From Aplysia californica (Eukaryota), in assembly GCF_000002075.1 (NCBI RefSeq), contig NW_004797406.1, positions 528,177-592,176 of the forward strand: a DNA stretch of 64,000 nucleotides, given 5' to 3'. The first letter of the stretch is position 1, and the number at the start of each line of letters is the position of its first letter. Below, in pieces: positions 1-37,112 of the stretch. Position numbers and translations under genes: made by a program. The notes beneath the pieces were generated by a model. It saw nothing but the letters and a program-made list of their open reading frames with translations. It had not been told where the DNA came from and did no database searches.

Positions 1-3000
1 AAAAAAAAAGAGAAGAGAAATAGACAAAAAACGGCGACCCCCTCCCTTTTCGTGGACATTTTTTAATAGGAGGAGGCTAACTGCGGCCACACAAGACGAG
101 CTGACCGGCCCAAATGGTCAATGCAATAATATTGACCCTGCTGTCGGTAAGGACAGGTCACATTTGCAATGCTAGGGGTTCAAAGGACGCCAGAGGGCTC
201 TCGACCGTGTCTATGGCTGCTAGCACACTGGACTAGTGGTTAACTCCATAGCCTACCAACCTCTAGTGCCACTTCTCAGACTGATCCTTGTATTTTTATG
301 TCTGTGCCTATTTTTGGCAGGGGTATGCATTAACAAACAGACATGTGTGTTATTTAAGTTAAAATGTCTCCCTATCCCAGTCCGTTTTACTTTTCCTTCC
401 TCCATTTGTATCATCCTTAGCATCATTATAAACCAAACCATCTTCAAGTATTCGCATTTGGGTGAGCAGAAGAAAAGGACTTCCTTTCAGCTTGCTTCAG
501 ATAGATCGAGTATGGAGTGAAAGATGGAAAAGAAAAACCCCCATACATGTTACAGAATGACAGAATCAGTACAATTACAATTTGATGTACAAAAAGATCG
601 ACACGAATATAAAGAAAGGAAAAATGCCGCTATAATATGGACAGGTAGGTAAATAAATACGAGTTGTTGTTTTTTAAATAGTAGAGGGTTTTACGGCGCT
701 CGCAACTGCTTAAGGTCATATGAGCGCCAATGGATGGAGTGACAGATCAACAAAAGACAAAAAAGAAAGTGCTGGGGCGAGGGGGGGGTATAAGGACGAA
801 ATGAATACCATTTCACACCGTTCACGGTTCAGATATCCACTGTAACGTGGGTGGGCCGATTGGACTTGATTAATGCCTCGTGTATAATGTCTATACTATA
901 CAGCAGGCGTTGGACTTGACACACTCTACCAATAACGACCACGCCATTAAACATGGAAAAGGTAAGCATTCTGGACGCAGAAAAAAACCCAACCTATCTT
1001 ATACATTGACATTATTAATTTCTAGATTAATATGACGTACAGGGCCACCCGCCAGCCACCCCTGCGGTATCAATCGCGAGCATTAAATCACTTTTAAGGC
1101 CTCCTCACAGCATTCCTGCATCCGGCCCGAGGCGGCGACGAGGGGCGCTACTCTTTGAAGTCTCGAGGGTCGCGCCACGAGCTGCTGTCATCAAAGAAAC
1201 AAAAAGGCGTCTCGGTCGGTCGTTCTCACCTGTAAAACAAACAGCGACGGGCCGGACCTATGAGGCCTAATGGGTTAATGCGCACCCCCAACTGACGAGA
1301 AACGGCTGCGCGCCGGTGAATTTGATAGCTCCCTCTTACACTTTTGATCCAAATATCAGAAGGGGGAGATGAAAACGGGCGAAAATTGTGGTCGGTGGTC
1401 TGTCTGCTTGGGTAAACATTGGATATTGGACACAATATTATTGTGAGAAAGGATTGTTGTACAAAGACATATGTGACATTCTTTTTGCAGTTGTTGCTTT
1501 AATGATCTTAGTGGACACAAACTCCACATATTGCAAGAGCAGGCAGACATAAATAAACATATTGTGTTACAGAATTCCTTATCTTTCTCAAAAATATATG
1601 AAAGAATCTCTTGCTTTAGACTAGAGACATTGAATATGAGATGAAAAAATCAGAATCACCCTCCATAAAAGGTATTTTTCTCGTAGCTGCTTATAAAATG
1701 ACAACTGCAACCTCCCCCCCCCCCCCAACCCTACAGAAAAAGGTGACAAGTAATGTATTACCATTCACACACACTAGATGCCAACTCTCTCACACATGTT
1801 ATGTCGGGACGAAATTCCTATTTCATAAATTACACACGAGCATACAGGCGATGTCTCTCTCTCCCTTCCTCATTGCNNNNNNNNNNNNNNNNNNNNNNNN
1901 NNNNNNNNNNNNNNNNNNNNNNNNNNNNNNNNNNNNNNNNNNNNNNNNNNNNNNNNNNNNNNNNNNNNNNNNNNNNNNNNNNNNNNNNNNNNNNNNNNNN
2001 NNNNNNNNNNNNNNNNNNNNNNNNNNNNNCTATGTTCCTTGGTCTGGATTGTAAACATATCACGTCACAGTTATTTTAAAGACAATAGTCATGGGGAAAA
2101 AATCATTGCGATAAAAACCAGCATGAGTAGGGTGGCTAGATATCGGACCAATTTAGAATACACGGGTCACGTATTTCGCAAATAAACATTTCTGAACCAA
2201 CAATACAAATAGAATCTATTCGTGTGAAAATACCGTACATGATGACACTGCACAATGGGTTTGCGGTTAAGATCGAACAAAGAGATCTGTCTATCTTTCT
2301 ATCCACATATCTATAACTGATGATTTTNNNNNNNNNNNNNNNNNNNNNNNNNNNNNNNNNNNNNNNNNNNNNNNNNNNNNNNNNNNNNNNNNNNNNNNNN
2401 NNNNNNNNNNNNNNNNNNNNNNNNNNNNNNNNNNNNNNNNNNNNNNNNNNNNNNNNNNNNNNNNNNNNNNNNNNNNNNNNNNNNNNNNNNNNNNNNNNNN
2501 NNNNNNNNNNNNNNNNNNNNNNNNNNNTCCGCAAAAAGAGCAAACAACACCCAACAACACCCCCCCCCCCCCTTTCCCACACAACAGGTTGAAAAAAATA
2601 ATCGTATGCCCATGCCCCGTAGACCTTATTTTGACGTTCTTAACCAAGAAAAACACACGAATTATTTGAAACGAGCAGCACTCGTATTGTTCTAGTGAAC
2701 GTAAACACACGGGTAGGGGGTTGGGGGCCAAAGGGGACGTGAGCAAAACAGACGCCTTGTCCAGTAAACTGTTATATTTTGTCTCGCTGGCATGCTCAGC
2801 CTTTTCCTTATCTTGCTCTTAGAGCCATTCTAACCGCTGGTATTTTAAAAGCTTCCTGTACGCCTGATCTTTCGTTCTTTCTTTTCTTTTTTTTCTTCTT
2901 TTAACTTTAGCAGCGTTCCCTTCAAAGGTGGGCTGTGGTGTGTGTTCTCAGCATGCGGGCTGCCACGCAGCCCTATTGTAGTTGTAGTCGTGAAAACGAA

Positions 3001-3498
3001 ATGCTGCCATTGCTAGCAGGCGAGCCGTGGCCAAGAGGTTGATAGGGCCTGCTCGCGGTTGGAGTTGACGCGAGGCCAAATGCGAGGGCGAGAGAAAGGG
3101 CCGTGGAGTCGAGGGCGAAGAAGGGAGGGGGAAAAACACAAAACAAAAAACACACACACAACAAAAATAACTGCCGGGTAGGGGGCGGGACACGCAATAA
3201 AAATAGCCAGCCGCATTCTCTCCGTCTTTGTGACATCATTCTGAGTCAGCGTTCATCGTTATTCCTGTAAGGCCAGTAACTGTTGAAGTTAGCTCTCGAA
3301 GCCGCATTCGTGTGGGAAGACTTAATTGCATTATACGTCGAATAAATAATTTTCAAACCTTTAAATGAAATATGACGAAGACAACATTCCATAAACGCCA
3401 TCGCCCAACAATCCTAAAAAGACCATTTTAAAACCCCGATGCGCACCAACTTCGTACACACACACAGAAGGGCAAGCTATGACCTCATTAGATACAAC

Positions 3499-3992
3499 CA
3501 ATGATAATACATAACAAGATGGGCCACTCAGCCAAAAAAGTGTCCGCAGGAAGTATGCTCTTTGCTTCAGATGGCGCTGCAGTCTGTTTTGAAGCTCTCT
3601 TTCGTTTTTCCAGAAGAAGAATAGGAATAGCACCTCCTTGCGTGCGCAGATCGACTGCTGTTCATCAGCAGTTCGGGTACGTTCAGTGCGGAGTTTTAGT
3701 TTTTTTTATATTTTAATGACCTCTCGCCTTTCATTCTAAAGTCAAATTAAACGAAGAAAACCATCACCCTTTCCTCCGGAAGAGGTTTTTTGTCAGCGTA
3801 ACCATTTTAAAAAAGCGTTCTTCCGAAATTTATCCCAAAACTTGCTAGTTTCACTTTGATTTTTAAAAACTCAAGTAGGGTAACTCTGTTCGCAAAGTGC
3901 GCTTTTGTGAAGAGGGCGCCACCAAATTTTGAGGACACTTTTTTAATTGGCTCAAAGAGAGAAGTGGCCCATCTTGTTATGTACTATCATTG
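3499..3992. mobile_element. P-superfamily-like MITE, copy 1
   Basis: TIRs CAATGATA(A/G)TACATAACAAGATGGGCCACT, 7-bp TSD atacaac (3492-3498, 3993-3999). Body closely similar to 56003-56502. Confidence 0.8.
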
Positions 3993-4137
3993 ATACAACT
4001 TAGAGTAGATGACGTATCTCCGGAAGAAAACAAATCTCTCACGTTTCAGAAAACAAAACAGTAGTTATCCATAATATGTCTCAAATGATGGATTTGAGCC
4101 TAGGTGGAATTTGTTGCCAAGTATCCGATCGAATAAA

Positions 4138-4198
4138 GACACACACACACACACACATTCACCCTCCCTCTCTCACACACACAGATACACACCAAAGC

Positions 4199-4281
<83 letters not shown>

Positions 4282-4282
4282 G
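4138..4282. repeat. (CA)n and (GA)n microsatellites
   Basis: Direct reading. Confidence 0.95.
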
Positions 4283-6152
4283 GGGGGGGGGATGAGAGAG
4301 AGAAATCAACGGACACCTTGGGGTGGGGAGAGGTGGTGGACGATTCTACAGGGAGAGACAAAAATGTTTACCCAAGACTTCAAAATTAGCCATAGCGACA
4401 CTATGAAAAAAAATCACAATGGTGACAGATGACATATTATAAGGCCAGAGATTGTGTACAAACTCTCTCCCGTTAAAGCATATAAGCAAAGCTCAAACCT
4501 ATTCAAAACTTTCTCAGACTGGCAGACACGTTTACACTTATCAACAGCCCAAAAATGTGTGCGTCAAAATTAGTTTATCTAAATTTCATACAGAGATGTG
4601 TTCATCATGTTAGCTTAATTAAGCATTAAACAGTAATCTGTCATGTTCTGAGCGCACTGTTCTTCTTTTTTTTTTTTTAATCAGCGCTTCTGGAATGTTA
4701 TGCATTCCACACTCAACCTTGTCCCACAGACTTGACACATCAGAATTATATTATATAATATCCACGTCTCCAAAACAAAAACAGGCAAAGTAGAATGACA
4801 CGCACACATGCAAGATGTATTGTTAAATTCAAGTCACCTATTTTTTTCCCAAATGACAAAGAAACAGGCTGAATTGACATTTTGTTACAGAAGTACAAAC
4901 TGACATTGTGGTATGTTAGAGATAGTCTAGGCGTCCCTTTATTGGATAAAAGATTTGGCATTTTTTAACTTTAACCATACCCGGATTTATGAGACCATAT
5001 ATTCTCTTCAGCCAGAAACCACACTGAAAGTGCAGTAATTATTAACTCCAGACTCGTAATATTTAAGTTATAGTCACACCTTTGAACCCACTCCTGGGCA
5101 ATTAGGCCTACTCCATAAACAATAATAAATTATTAGGAAGTGAACTTTGGCCAACAAACATGGGCGGATGAAAATTCCAAAACATTTCAGAATCTATATG
5201 CGTAGATAACAGAGAATTTAATCAATACTTCAAAGGTAGGGAGACATCTGGCCCCATTTTGTACACATTACATAGAGTTACTGTTTCAGTAAGCGTGTAA
5301 AAAAATGGCTGAATGTAAAATAGTACATTAACAATTTCATATATGGAGGACCACAGAGGAAGTACAACCCACCAATTACCAATTGTGAATTAGTCCAATC
5401 TCATCCTAACCCCTCCTCAAAACATGAATTTAAATAAAATAAAATGTAATGACTCAGACCAATCAGCTGATTATGAATATCTTCATCAAAAATAAAGTGA
5501 GGTGCCCTTACATAAATGGGGATTGTGGTCTTCTGTTGTTTCTTAGACAATTTAGGTGTAAGAATTTAAAAACTTGAAAAGTTGTTAGTACACAAGTGTG
5601 ACAATCCTAGGTGTCTTAGCCAGGGATATCAAACTTTTTTCAAAGTGAGCCGAGAATAACAGAGAGAACGCTATTTTATTTGATAATATAATACTGATGT
5701 GTTGAAAATGAAAGAATTTGTCACATTAAAGCCAAGCAAGAGTGCGATTCAATCACTATGAAGTCTATTAATTTAATATAAAATACTGAAGTCATAATTT
5801 GCACTGTAGAGTTCAATGAAATGATTAAAATAATTTGGTGACCAAGTTCCGAGCATGCTACAACAAATAAGATGACCTTCCAATTTTTTTTTCCTGCACA
5901 GTGGCGAGCCAGATGAACTGACCTCATGGGCAGGATCTAACCCATAGGTTGTAACTTTGGTGACCCCTGGCCTACACTATCTCAGAATAATGATGGTATC
6001 AGTTTTTAGGCAGCTGTACTTTTCTCTGTTTGTCAAACAATCTTTTCATTTGATCTAATCTTTGGGGGTAATAATTTAGAAAACTTTACCTTGCCCTTTT
6101 ATCAATTGTATTTCATAAATTCTGTCTCTGACAAGACAAATAATACAGCATG

Positions 6153-6279
6153 GGGAGGGCTTCTGAAACGAGCGACCACTATGAGACAGAGTAGAACAGA
6201 GGGGTAGGGTTTGGGGTAGGGTTAGGGTTAGGTCTCTTCTTTTTGTTTGTTGGGGTGGTCGCTCGTTACAGAAGTTCCC
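6153..6279. mobile_element. Short Merlin-type MITE with TTAGGG-like internal repeats
   Basis: Inverted ends gggagggcttctgaaacgagcgaccac / gtggtcgctcgttacagaagttccc match the TIR at 40548 and 62376. Degenerate TSD cagcatg/cagcgtg. Confidence 0.65.
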
Positions 6280-6928
6280 AGCGTGTGTAAATTCCTTCTT
6301 AAAGTGCATTTGTAAAAGAAACTCCCACCCCTTTGGGAAAAAAAATAAAGCAGGCCACGGGGATAGGCTGGTATGTTATCTGAACAGAGTGGGAATTCCT
6401 GTTTATTTAGCCTATCAAATCAAAGAGAGTGACTAAAGAAAGGTCTACTCAATGTGACTCAATCATGGAACAATTTATCATCAATCATACTTTGAATGAA
6501 ACCTTCTTGGTGAAGCTGAAACAAACTTTGAAAGTCGGTGATATATATATATATATATAAAAACAGAGTATTACTTAAATTAATAATGTAAAAGAAAAAG
6601 GCAAGAAATGAGCACTTCTGAACAGATGATTCTCATTTCTATACTATAAAAACACAGATATTCCATTCCTCAGTAAATCGGCAACCTCCAGACGTAAAAA
6701 ATTAACCTTTGAAGTTCTGAATTCTCAATGAAAGATAATCACAAAAAACATACTGATAAGTGATCCCTAGAGAGAAAAAAAGTCTTTGAAAGAATAAAGC
6801 AAGAATAGGAAAGAAAAGCAAGCTTTCCTTTTCTAGACTACCCACTCGTCTCATTTGTCCCACTATAAAGCAAGGAACTGCCACACAGTGCAACAACATA
6901 TACCACAATAAAGAAATAAAGAACTTAC

Positions 6929-8753
6929 CAAAATAATCCCCAGCTGCATGATCCATTTCATCTTCCAGCTGTTGTGTAAGAGCTGCCAATTTACGCTCAG
7001 CATCTGACGGACCTTTATTCTTGGGTGGTGTCACTTGAAATGCTAAACCCGGTTTCATACCTGGTGACATGCCTGACAGGTCAGACGAAGCTGTCGAGCC
7101 GGTCTGAACCTGTATTCCTTGAACAGGTGCCACAAGGCGAACATTTGCTTTCTGCTGTGTACTGGCAGCGCTGAGTTTGAGTGATGTCTGCACATCGTGC
7201 GGACCATGATAAGGTGGAGGAGGTTCAAGTTCACCTCCCTGCTGAGAAGATGGATAATCCGAAGGTTTCTTTCCAGAGGCCACTGCTGCTCCAGAGATGC
7301 TCATATCCCGTTCCAGTTGCTGGGTGAGAGCAGCCACTGCTCGCTCCGCATCTGAGTCTGCTGCTTTGTTGAGAGGGACACGAGCAGGGAGCGAAGGTGG
7401 GGCATTTTGAGCGACAGATGAAGAAGCAGCATGAGGATTTCCTTGAGACAGATTTGTCGATGAGACAGCGGATGAATTCTGGGACATGACGGGTACATGA
7501 ACGCCACCATTGTGGATTTGATTTGGAATCTGGTTGTTGACGCTGTGTGCATACGACGAAGTGTGAACACTTACAGCTGTCTGTGGCGGCAGAGTTCTTT
7601 GTCTGGGGTCTGTGTAAATGTGCGGAGGGGCAGGTTCGTTAAATCTGTTGTCACTGAGTAGTGGGACATTCCTGGGACCAAGGCTTATAATTCCCTGTGA
7701 CGTTTGCGGGTACAAAATAGACATTTGATCTAAGTCTGCTCTCTGGACCTGAGAGCCAACTCTTGGATTAACAACGCCAGAAAACTTGTCCACTGAAGGA
7801 CCTGCAAGGCTGGCTCTGGGACTAGAGTGCTTTGAATCAACACTACCTGGAGTACTCCAGTTTGATCGAGGACTAGCAAGAACCAGACTTGCCCGAGGGC
7901 TGCCAAATTTTTGCTCATAATAAGCTGGGTTGGTGAGGCTTGTGCGAGGACTGGAGCTTTTGGAATCTCCACCACTACCAACACTAGAGCGGGGGCTGGA
8001 GTAGTTAGAATTTGTGTTGGCTGAGGAGGAACCATGGTGATACACCGTTTGGTATTGAACCGCAATCTGGTGTGATTGAGACGAGCCGGCCCGTGCTGCA
8101 GAATTGATGAGCGCAGCTTTAGGCGCTGGGTACCGGGTACCTCCTATCATCACATTTCTGCTGTCCGCTGAGGGCGGCAAAACGGTGTTCATCGGGGACA
8201 TAGACTTGACCGCACCTTGCCAGTGTAAAGACCCCGGGTTAGGAGCTCCTCCAGACAGGCCAACATTATTCCCTAGCATGGACGGGGGGATCGGGGGAGG
8301 CTTCGAGTCCCTCACGCTTATACTGCTCACGAAAGTAGCACGCTGGTCCGTACTGTGTAGCCCACCTCCGCTATGCATTTTGTCAGCTCTGTCGAAACTA
8401 CCGACACCACCACCAATAGATCCTGTATTATAAGTGGAAGATTTGCCGTTCACCTGAGCCTGATGACTGGGAGAATCCTGTTGTCCCGAAGTTGTATGAG
8501 AAGTAAAGACCGTTTCTTTATACCTGATATTTTCGGAGTCCGGCGAATAACTTCCCGATTGATGCACACCAGAAAAACTTGTAGGAAAATCCGACGTATT
8601 TCTATTAAAATTCAGAACATTGATTTTCACATCACGCCATTGCGATTCATTCACAACACCAACACCACTTTCACTTAAGTCCACACCATGCGGATGATTT
8701 CCTTGTTTGAAACAGTTCACATCTTTACTTCCCCCGCCACTATGCACTGCCAT
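6929..8753 (-). CDS. WTIP: Ajuba/LIMD1/WTIP-family LIM protein, first coding exon (pre-LIM region, ~608 aa); LIM-domain exons lie beyond the window start
   Basis: Long Ser/Pro/Gly-rich ORF ending ...PSDAERKLAALTQQLEDEMDHAAGDYFG, the family motif immediately before LIM1. Phase-1 donor G|GTAAGT at 6929/6928. Repeated SPR(S/T/A)S motifs and a PPPY. Invertebrates have one ortholog of AJUBA/LIMD1/WTIP, so the symbol is approximate. Confidence 0.85.
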
Positions 8754-11700
8754 AACCCTCGAGAGGGCTCACAGACCATAAACTTGAATTCCGTAAATAC
8801 TACGGCCCGTCAAAAAAACTCCAGCCCCTCTTTCGATTCGATGACTACAATACTAAGCATGCGGAGTAATACCTCAATCGTGTTTCCAATCCAAGCGCAG
8901 GTGCAAGCCGCGTCACTACGAGATCGAAAAATGCCGCGTCACAAAACAACAACACATTCTTCTATACCAAACATAAGCTTTTCTAGAATAATCTACGGCA
9001 TGGAATCTAAGTTTAGAGTAATAACTATATAAACTCACTTTCTGAAACTTGTGCTCTGATAACCAAGCAAATAACAAAGCATTACTTCCAGTGGGAGGAA
9101 AAATAACGGCGATTTATGACGCCGCCTTTGAAGTTCTGAAGCAAATTCCGAAAGTAGGCAGTGCTTTTCTTCCTCTGCTGTGGGAGAGTTACGATTGACC
9201 TGAGATAATGGCAAAGGCCGAAGTGTAGACCCGAGGCGTCAGAGAGGGGGATTTAAACATAGTTGGACTCGAGTGCTATATTATTATAATTTATAAGTCA
9301 AGCTCGACCGTTATAGGGCTTGACGAAGCGGTCACCCCAACCTCTCTTCTTCATTCTTACTCTGCTCCTGACTGTTCTTCTGTTGAATAGTTCTAAAACA
9401 GTCGCATCTCAAACAAAGATGCCATTAGGCCTATCCCTCCCCTGCCCTCCAGGGGAAAAATAAAGATCTGAAATATAATATAAAGTATAATATAAATAAT
9501 AACTCGAGACGGCTAAAAACAACACTAGTCCAAAATATCAGTGCTGTCGAAACTTCCATTATTAGGAAATTTTGTTTTTAATAGAGCGATACTTTTGAGC
9601 AGAAATATCATCCAATAATAGTAATAGTGATTTTAAAAAACCCAACAAACTACTCAATCATAATCTTTAAGCTTGAAAAACAAAAACAAAATTATATTGA
9701 GGAACTTAATAAATGTATGTGAAACCTAGCTCTGACAAATAAAAGAACAGGAAAAAACCCTGGAGCCACCACTTTGGGAGTCAGTGCAGTTAGACGCAAA
9801 TTCTCGAAGTAAATTATTAAAGTTGTTGGTTCCCTTCGTCATTAACAGGACGATAACAGTTATTTCCCCTTGTGCACCCTTAGCAAAAAGTCGATCATGT
9901 TCGCAATCCAACTTCCTAATTCATATTACAATTTAATTTAATTTAAATAAAGCGGATTCCTATGTATAAATGTAATTTGTTCATGAGATCACAGGATTCT
10001 ACGATTACGCGATTAAAAGTTAGAGTGTTTTTTGTTTTGGTTGTGCTGTGAAGATATCTACAGGTGGCAATACATAATATATAAAATGGGGGAGCTTTTT
10101 CAAACTTTATTGATGAAGCTTGAGATTCATCACAGCCACTTTCGGTCTAAAAGTTGTCCCCAGTCTCGTTCCTTCCAAGAAAGAAAAAAAAAGCCAAAAA
10201 AGTATTTTTAATTCTTTACTTCTTTAAAGTTTAAAGTTCTGAGACAATTCTACATGGCTGAGCACAGTATGAAATTTTCCTGGTGTGTGGGCTGAGGTGT
10301 TTGTTCTCAGGTTTCAAAAGAAAGGTAATGTACTCAACCCCATGGTCAGTCAGGTAGACCGTCGCATGGATTGAGACCAAAGATAGCTATACGCACTCCA
10401 CAGACAGCAAGTCTATAAAGGTGTCCTGCATAGGACTGTACTGGCACTTTAGGGAAATACATGTGTATTGTAAAGCTATAAGCAGTTTCCGCACTTTGAC
10501 TTTTGGATTTGTTTACTCAAGTATTGTTGCCACGTGGAAGGCAGTACTGCTCTTACTGGGTCAGATTCCTATGCCTTTTGCGATGCTTGAATTCGAACAT
10601 GATTTCCGAGTTGCAGATGAGGTCTTCTGGCACTGTCATTATTTAATCATTTATTGTATTTGAATAAAGACATACAGAGTGGCATACCCCAACTCCCCAC
10701 CCCCTCCCCCCAAAAAAAACGCCATTTAAAAAACAACTATAGTGAGCTCCTTGAAAAACTCAAAATAATTAATTCGCCTTTGCTAATTAGAGTAAAGGTC
10801 ACTTGAAAACAAACAAAAAGAAAGAAAAGAAAGCAAGGTCAAGTGGTGGCAACATATTGATGGATGACCATTGTCTGGGCCCTTGAATTACGTTCGAAGC
10901 ACATGCAGATGTACCCCAAAGAAGAGCAAATTTCACTTTGGTCATGAGTAAAGCTGTCTTTTTATTTAGATCTCCACTTCAAGAAGCCCCATTCAAACCT
11001 TTACTGTACTGTATGTAGCCTTAAGATATAATACATACATGTGTATAGATGTAAAATGAAGGCATAATTACTACATGAGCTGAGTGCCATTCATACACCA
11101 CAGAGCTGTCAGTTTTATTGTAAAGGCACCATCTTTTCTTCACATTTACTACATCTTCTATCCCGCACTATTATACCGATCTGCTGGTCGAGGATCCAAT
11201 ACATCAAAAAGTAGGTCCAAATTAATACCACATAAAAATAGCCACAACCCCTCACGCTACCCCTCCCCTCCCCCCTCCAAAAGAAAAACAACATACAAAA
11301 GAACAAACAAACAACCCAACTGAGCGTGTTTGTTTTTTAGGAGGGAGGAGCACATTGAGGCCATAATGAAAAAAGACAGACAGACACTTCAGACAGAAAA
11401 AAAGAGGAAAAGAAATGAAGTTGGGCAGCATCTTCAATCACCTCGTTGTGTGCATGAGAGAGCGACAGAATCTAAAGACTACAGACAGCACAAGACCACT
11501 ACAATACATGCAGTTGCCTTTCGACTGTGAGCACTAACATTTCACAGTTCTCTTCCATGACCGGAAGTAGATAAAGAAGCAACAACGATAAAAGATAAAC
11601 CAAACACGAATAAACATGAATGACTGAGCATTTTAATCACATCTTGGTAGAACATGTATGTACAAAAATGGAAATAAAAAAGGAACAATCAACAATTAGA

Positions 11701-11880
11701 TTAACAAATGCATGAAAAGAGGAATGCAAGTGATGTAATCCAATCTTATGCAATGAGATCAAGATTAATCATGAACAACATATTAGCGGAAAAAGCAGGC
11801 TTTTTCCTGTTCTTGCATTATCTGTTTGAGTGAGCGCCTTTGAGGATCAAATTTACAAGGAAATCTGCTTTTGCTTGAAT

Positions 11881-35310
<23,430 letters not shown>

Positions 35311-35866
35311 CTCAAGTCACTCAAGACATGCCTTCCAATTTCCTCTTGTCTACGTAATCTGTATTGCATGAAAATTGAGAAAAATCAACACAAGATTAAA
35401 AACATAAAAATATTAACAACACAGACACTGGAGTTTTATAGCTACTTATATGGTGTGGCCACGGGTACCAGTGGCATCAAATCAAACAGGCCATTTCCAC
35501 TCTAATGGAGACAGCCTGCTTGGTTTAGTTAGCAAAGTAAGAGTATACCCGGTGCCCATTTGCAGGATAGGATTTCCCTTTTTTTTGGTATCAAATTCAA
35601 CTCAGACGCTAAAGCAGAGGGAACTTCGACATTCGGCATGGCGTTGTTCTTCACAAAACTGCAGCGCCCCGTCCCCTCGTGCTGAAGTTGAAGTGAGATT
35701 AAAACAACCAAACCAATAAGTTAATAACAATAAGAGTGGAGTAACAGCAATGCTGGTCATTTTATTCATAGATAGTATAGATCTAAATATGATGCAGGCA
35801 AAAGTGCAACTTGCCGCAATATAGATCTAGATATAGATCTAGAGTCTAATCTTATATTATTTTATT

Positions 35867-36079
35867 CGGTAGTTCCCACCCCGCATTTGTTATTCGCCGG
35901 TTTTGGCCCCAAGAGTAGGGGGGTTTCAGGGGGGCTTGCCCCCCTGACCTAATAAAAACAAGGTGGGGGGTTTCAGGGGGGCAGTTGTTAGGTTTGACAT
36001 CATAGCTTGCCGCGAATCAAACGTATATAGATCTAGATGTAGGTCAGGCTCTATCAAATAAGGGGGGTGGGAACTACCG
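35867..36079. mobile_element. MITE in the MCM8 5'UTR intron
   Basis: Inverted ends CGGTAGTTCCCACCCC / GGGGTGGGAACTACCG and a duplicated internal ggggggtttcagggggg; no clear TSD. Confidence 0.6.
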
Positions 36080-36370
36080 AAAAAGCGCCAAAAATTATTT
36101 ATTGCAGCTCTGACTGATTGACTGAGGTCGAGGAGAATGAGTGAGACATCTCTTCTGCTCTGACTCTTCTACTTCTAGAATCGATATCTAGACAATCAAC
36201 TTCTAGATCTAGAATCTAGATCTAGATATATAGATCTATTCATCAGGCATGACAGACCTGTTTATAATTATTATAAACATCTAAGATCAGATATTAGATT
36301 CTATGATTTGGATATAAATCTAGAAATTTAAAATCTTGTACATGATCAAGAAATTATTGTTTGTACATAC

Positions 36371-36440
36371 CGCCAACGACAGGAAGAGACCCGCCCGGCA
36401 ACATCAGTGTCCAGATTTCGCCAAGAAAAGTAAGTCAAGA
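36371..36440 (-). other. Putative non-coding first exon / TSS region of MCM8
   Basis: Donor G|GTATGT at 36371/36370 in a CpG-containing stretch. The ATG exon has an acceptor (ttttcatgcaatacag) upstream of the start at 35358, implying a 5'UTR exon. The 5' boundary is a guess. Confidence 0.5.
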
Positions 36441-36450
36441 TCTAATAAGA

Positions 36451-36489
36451 GTCTCACCAATGATAGTACATAACTATCATTGGTCTCAC
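36451..36489. mobile_element. Excision footprint of the P-like MITE family
   Basis: gtctcac-CAATGATAGTACATAACTATCATTG-gtctcac: 7-bp direct repeat around a 25-bp fusion of the two TIR tips of the family at 3499/56003. Confidence 0.8.
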
Positions 36490-37055
36490 TGAAACTGAAA
36501 CAAAATGAAACCTTTTTCCTATGCTACATTTCTGGTTTTAAAAAGTACCTAATATGCTGCAAAAATCGAGGACGAAAATTTAACTCTGAGACTAGAGTTT
36601 TAGTAATTTTCGGTTTTATAATAAAATCTTTTCCTTTCATACTGAATTCGACGAACAACAGAATTGGCAAACAGAATGTTTACGTCCGTCCATATCCGGG
36701 TTACTCGACTCGTGGGCAATGGCTACATTTGACCTTTGACCTCGTTTGGTACACACCAGAGAGGTTTCACAGAAGGCCTAACCAGAGAGGCTAACACTAA
36801 CAGAGAGGTGTCACTCCGGCTCCGGGCAGCGGGAAATTGCGCATGCTTTTAATCCTATTGTCAAAAAGTTCACAGGAATTTTCAAAAACCTGTTGGAAAA
36901 TTGCGCAGGGATTTTCCGTATCGCGTATTTCTTAGGTATTCGACAACGTATCGACTTTCAAATTCTTTAAGGATAAGCAAAGAGTCTACATTGAAGGAGG
37001 CGGTTAGGAGGCTGAAACAAAAGAATGAATTGGCTGTAGGAATTGATCTAAAATC

Positions 37056-37110
<55 letters not shown>
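37056..37110. repeat. (TCTG)n microsatellite
   Basis: Direct reading. Confidence 0.95.

Positions 37111-37112
<2 letters not shown>

Noticed and set aside
1641-2746. ORFs containing X runs (also near 37.3, 40.5, 41.7, 44.9 and 53.4 kb)
   Set aside because: Artefacts of assembly N gaps.
4076-4432. RE/SL-repeat ORFs
   Set aside because: Translations of a (GA)n microsatellite.
6200-6232. Telomere or chromosome-fusion relic
   Set aside because: Only a few degenerate TTAGGG units, enclosed within MITE TIRs.
6702-6928. Hydrophobic C-terminal tail of the 683-aa ORF (possible membrane anchor)
   Set aside because: It is intron read-through past the consensus donor G|GTAAGT at the conserved DYFG boundary.
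7301-8678. Overlapping and antisense ORFs within the LIM-gene exon
   Set aside because: Shadow frames of a GC-richer coding exon with no independent evidence.
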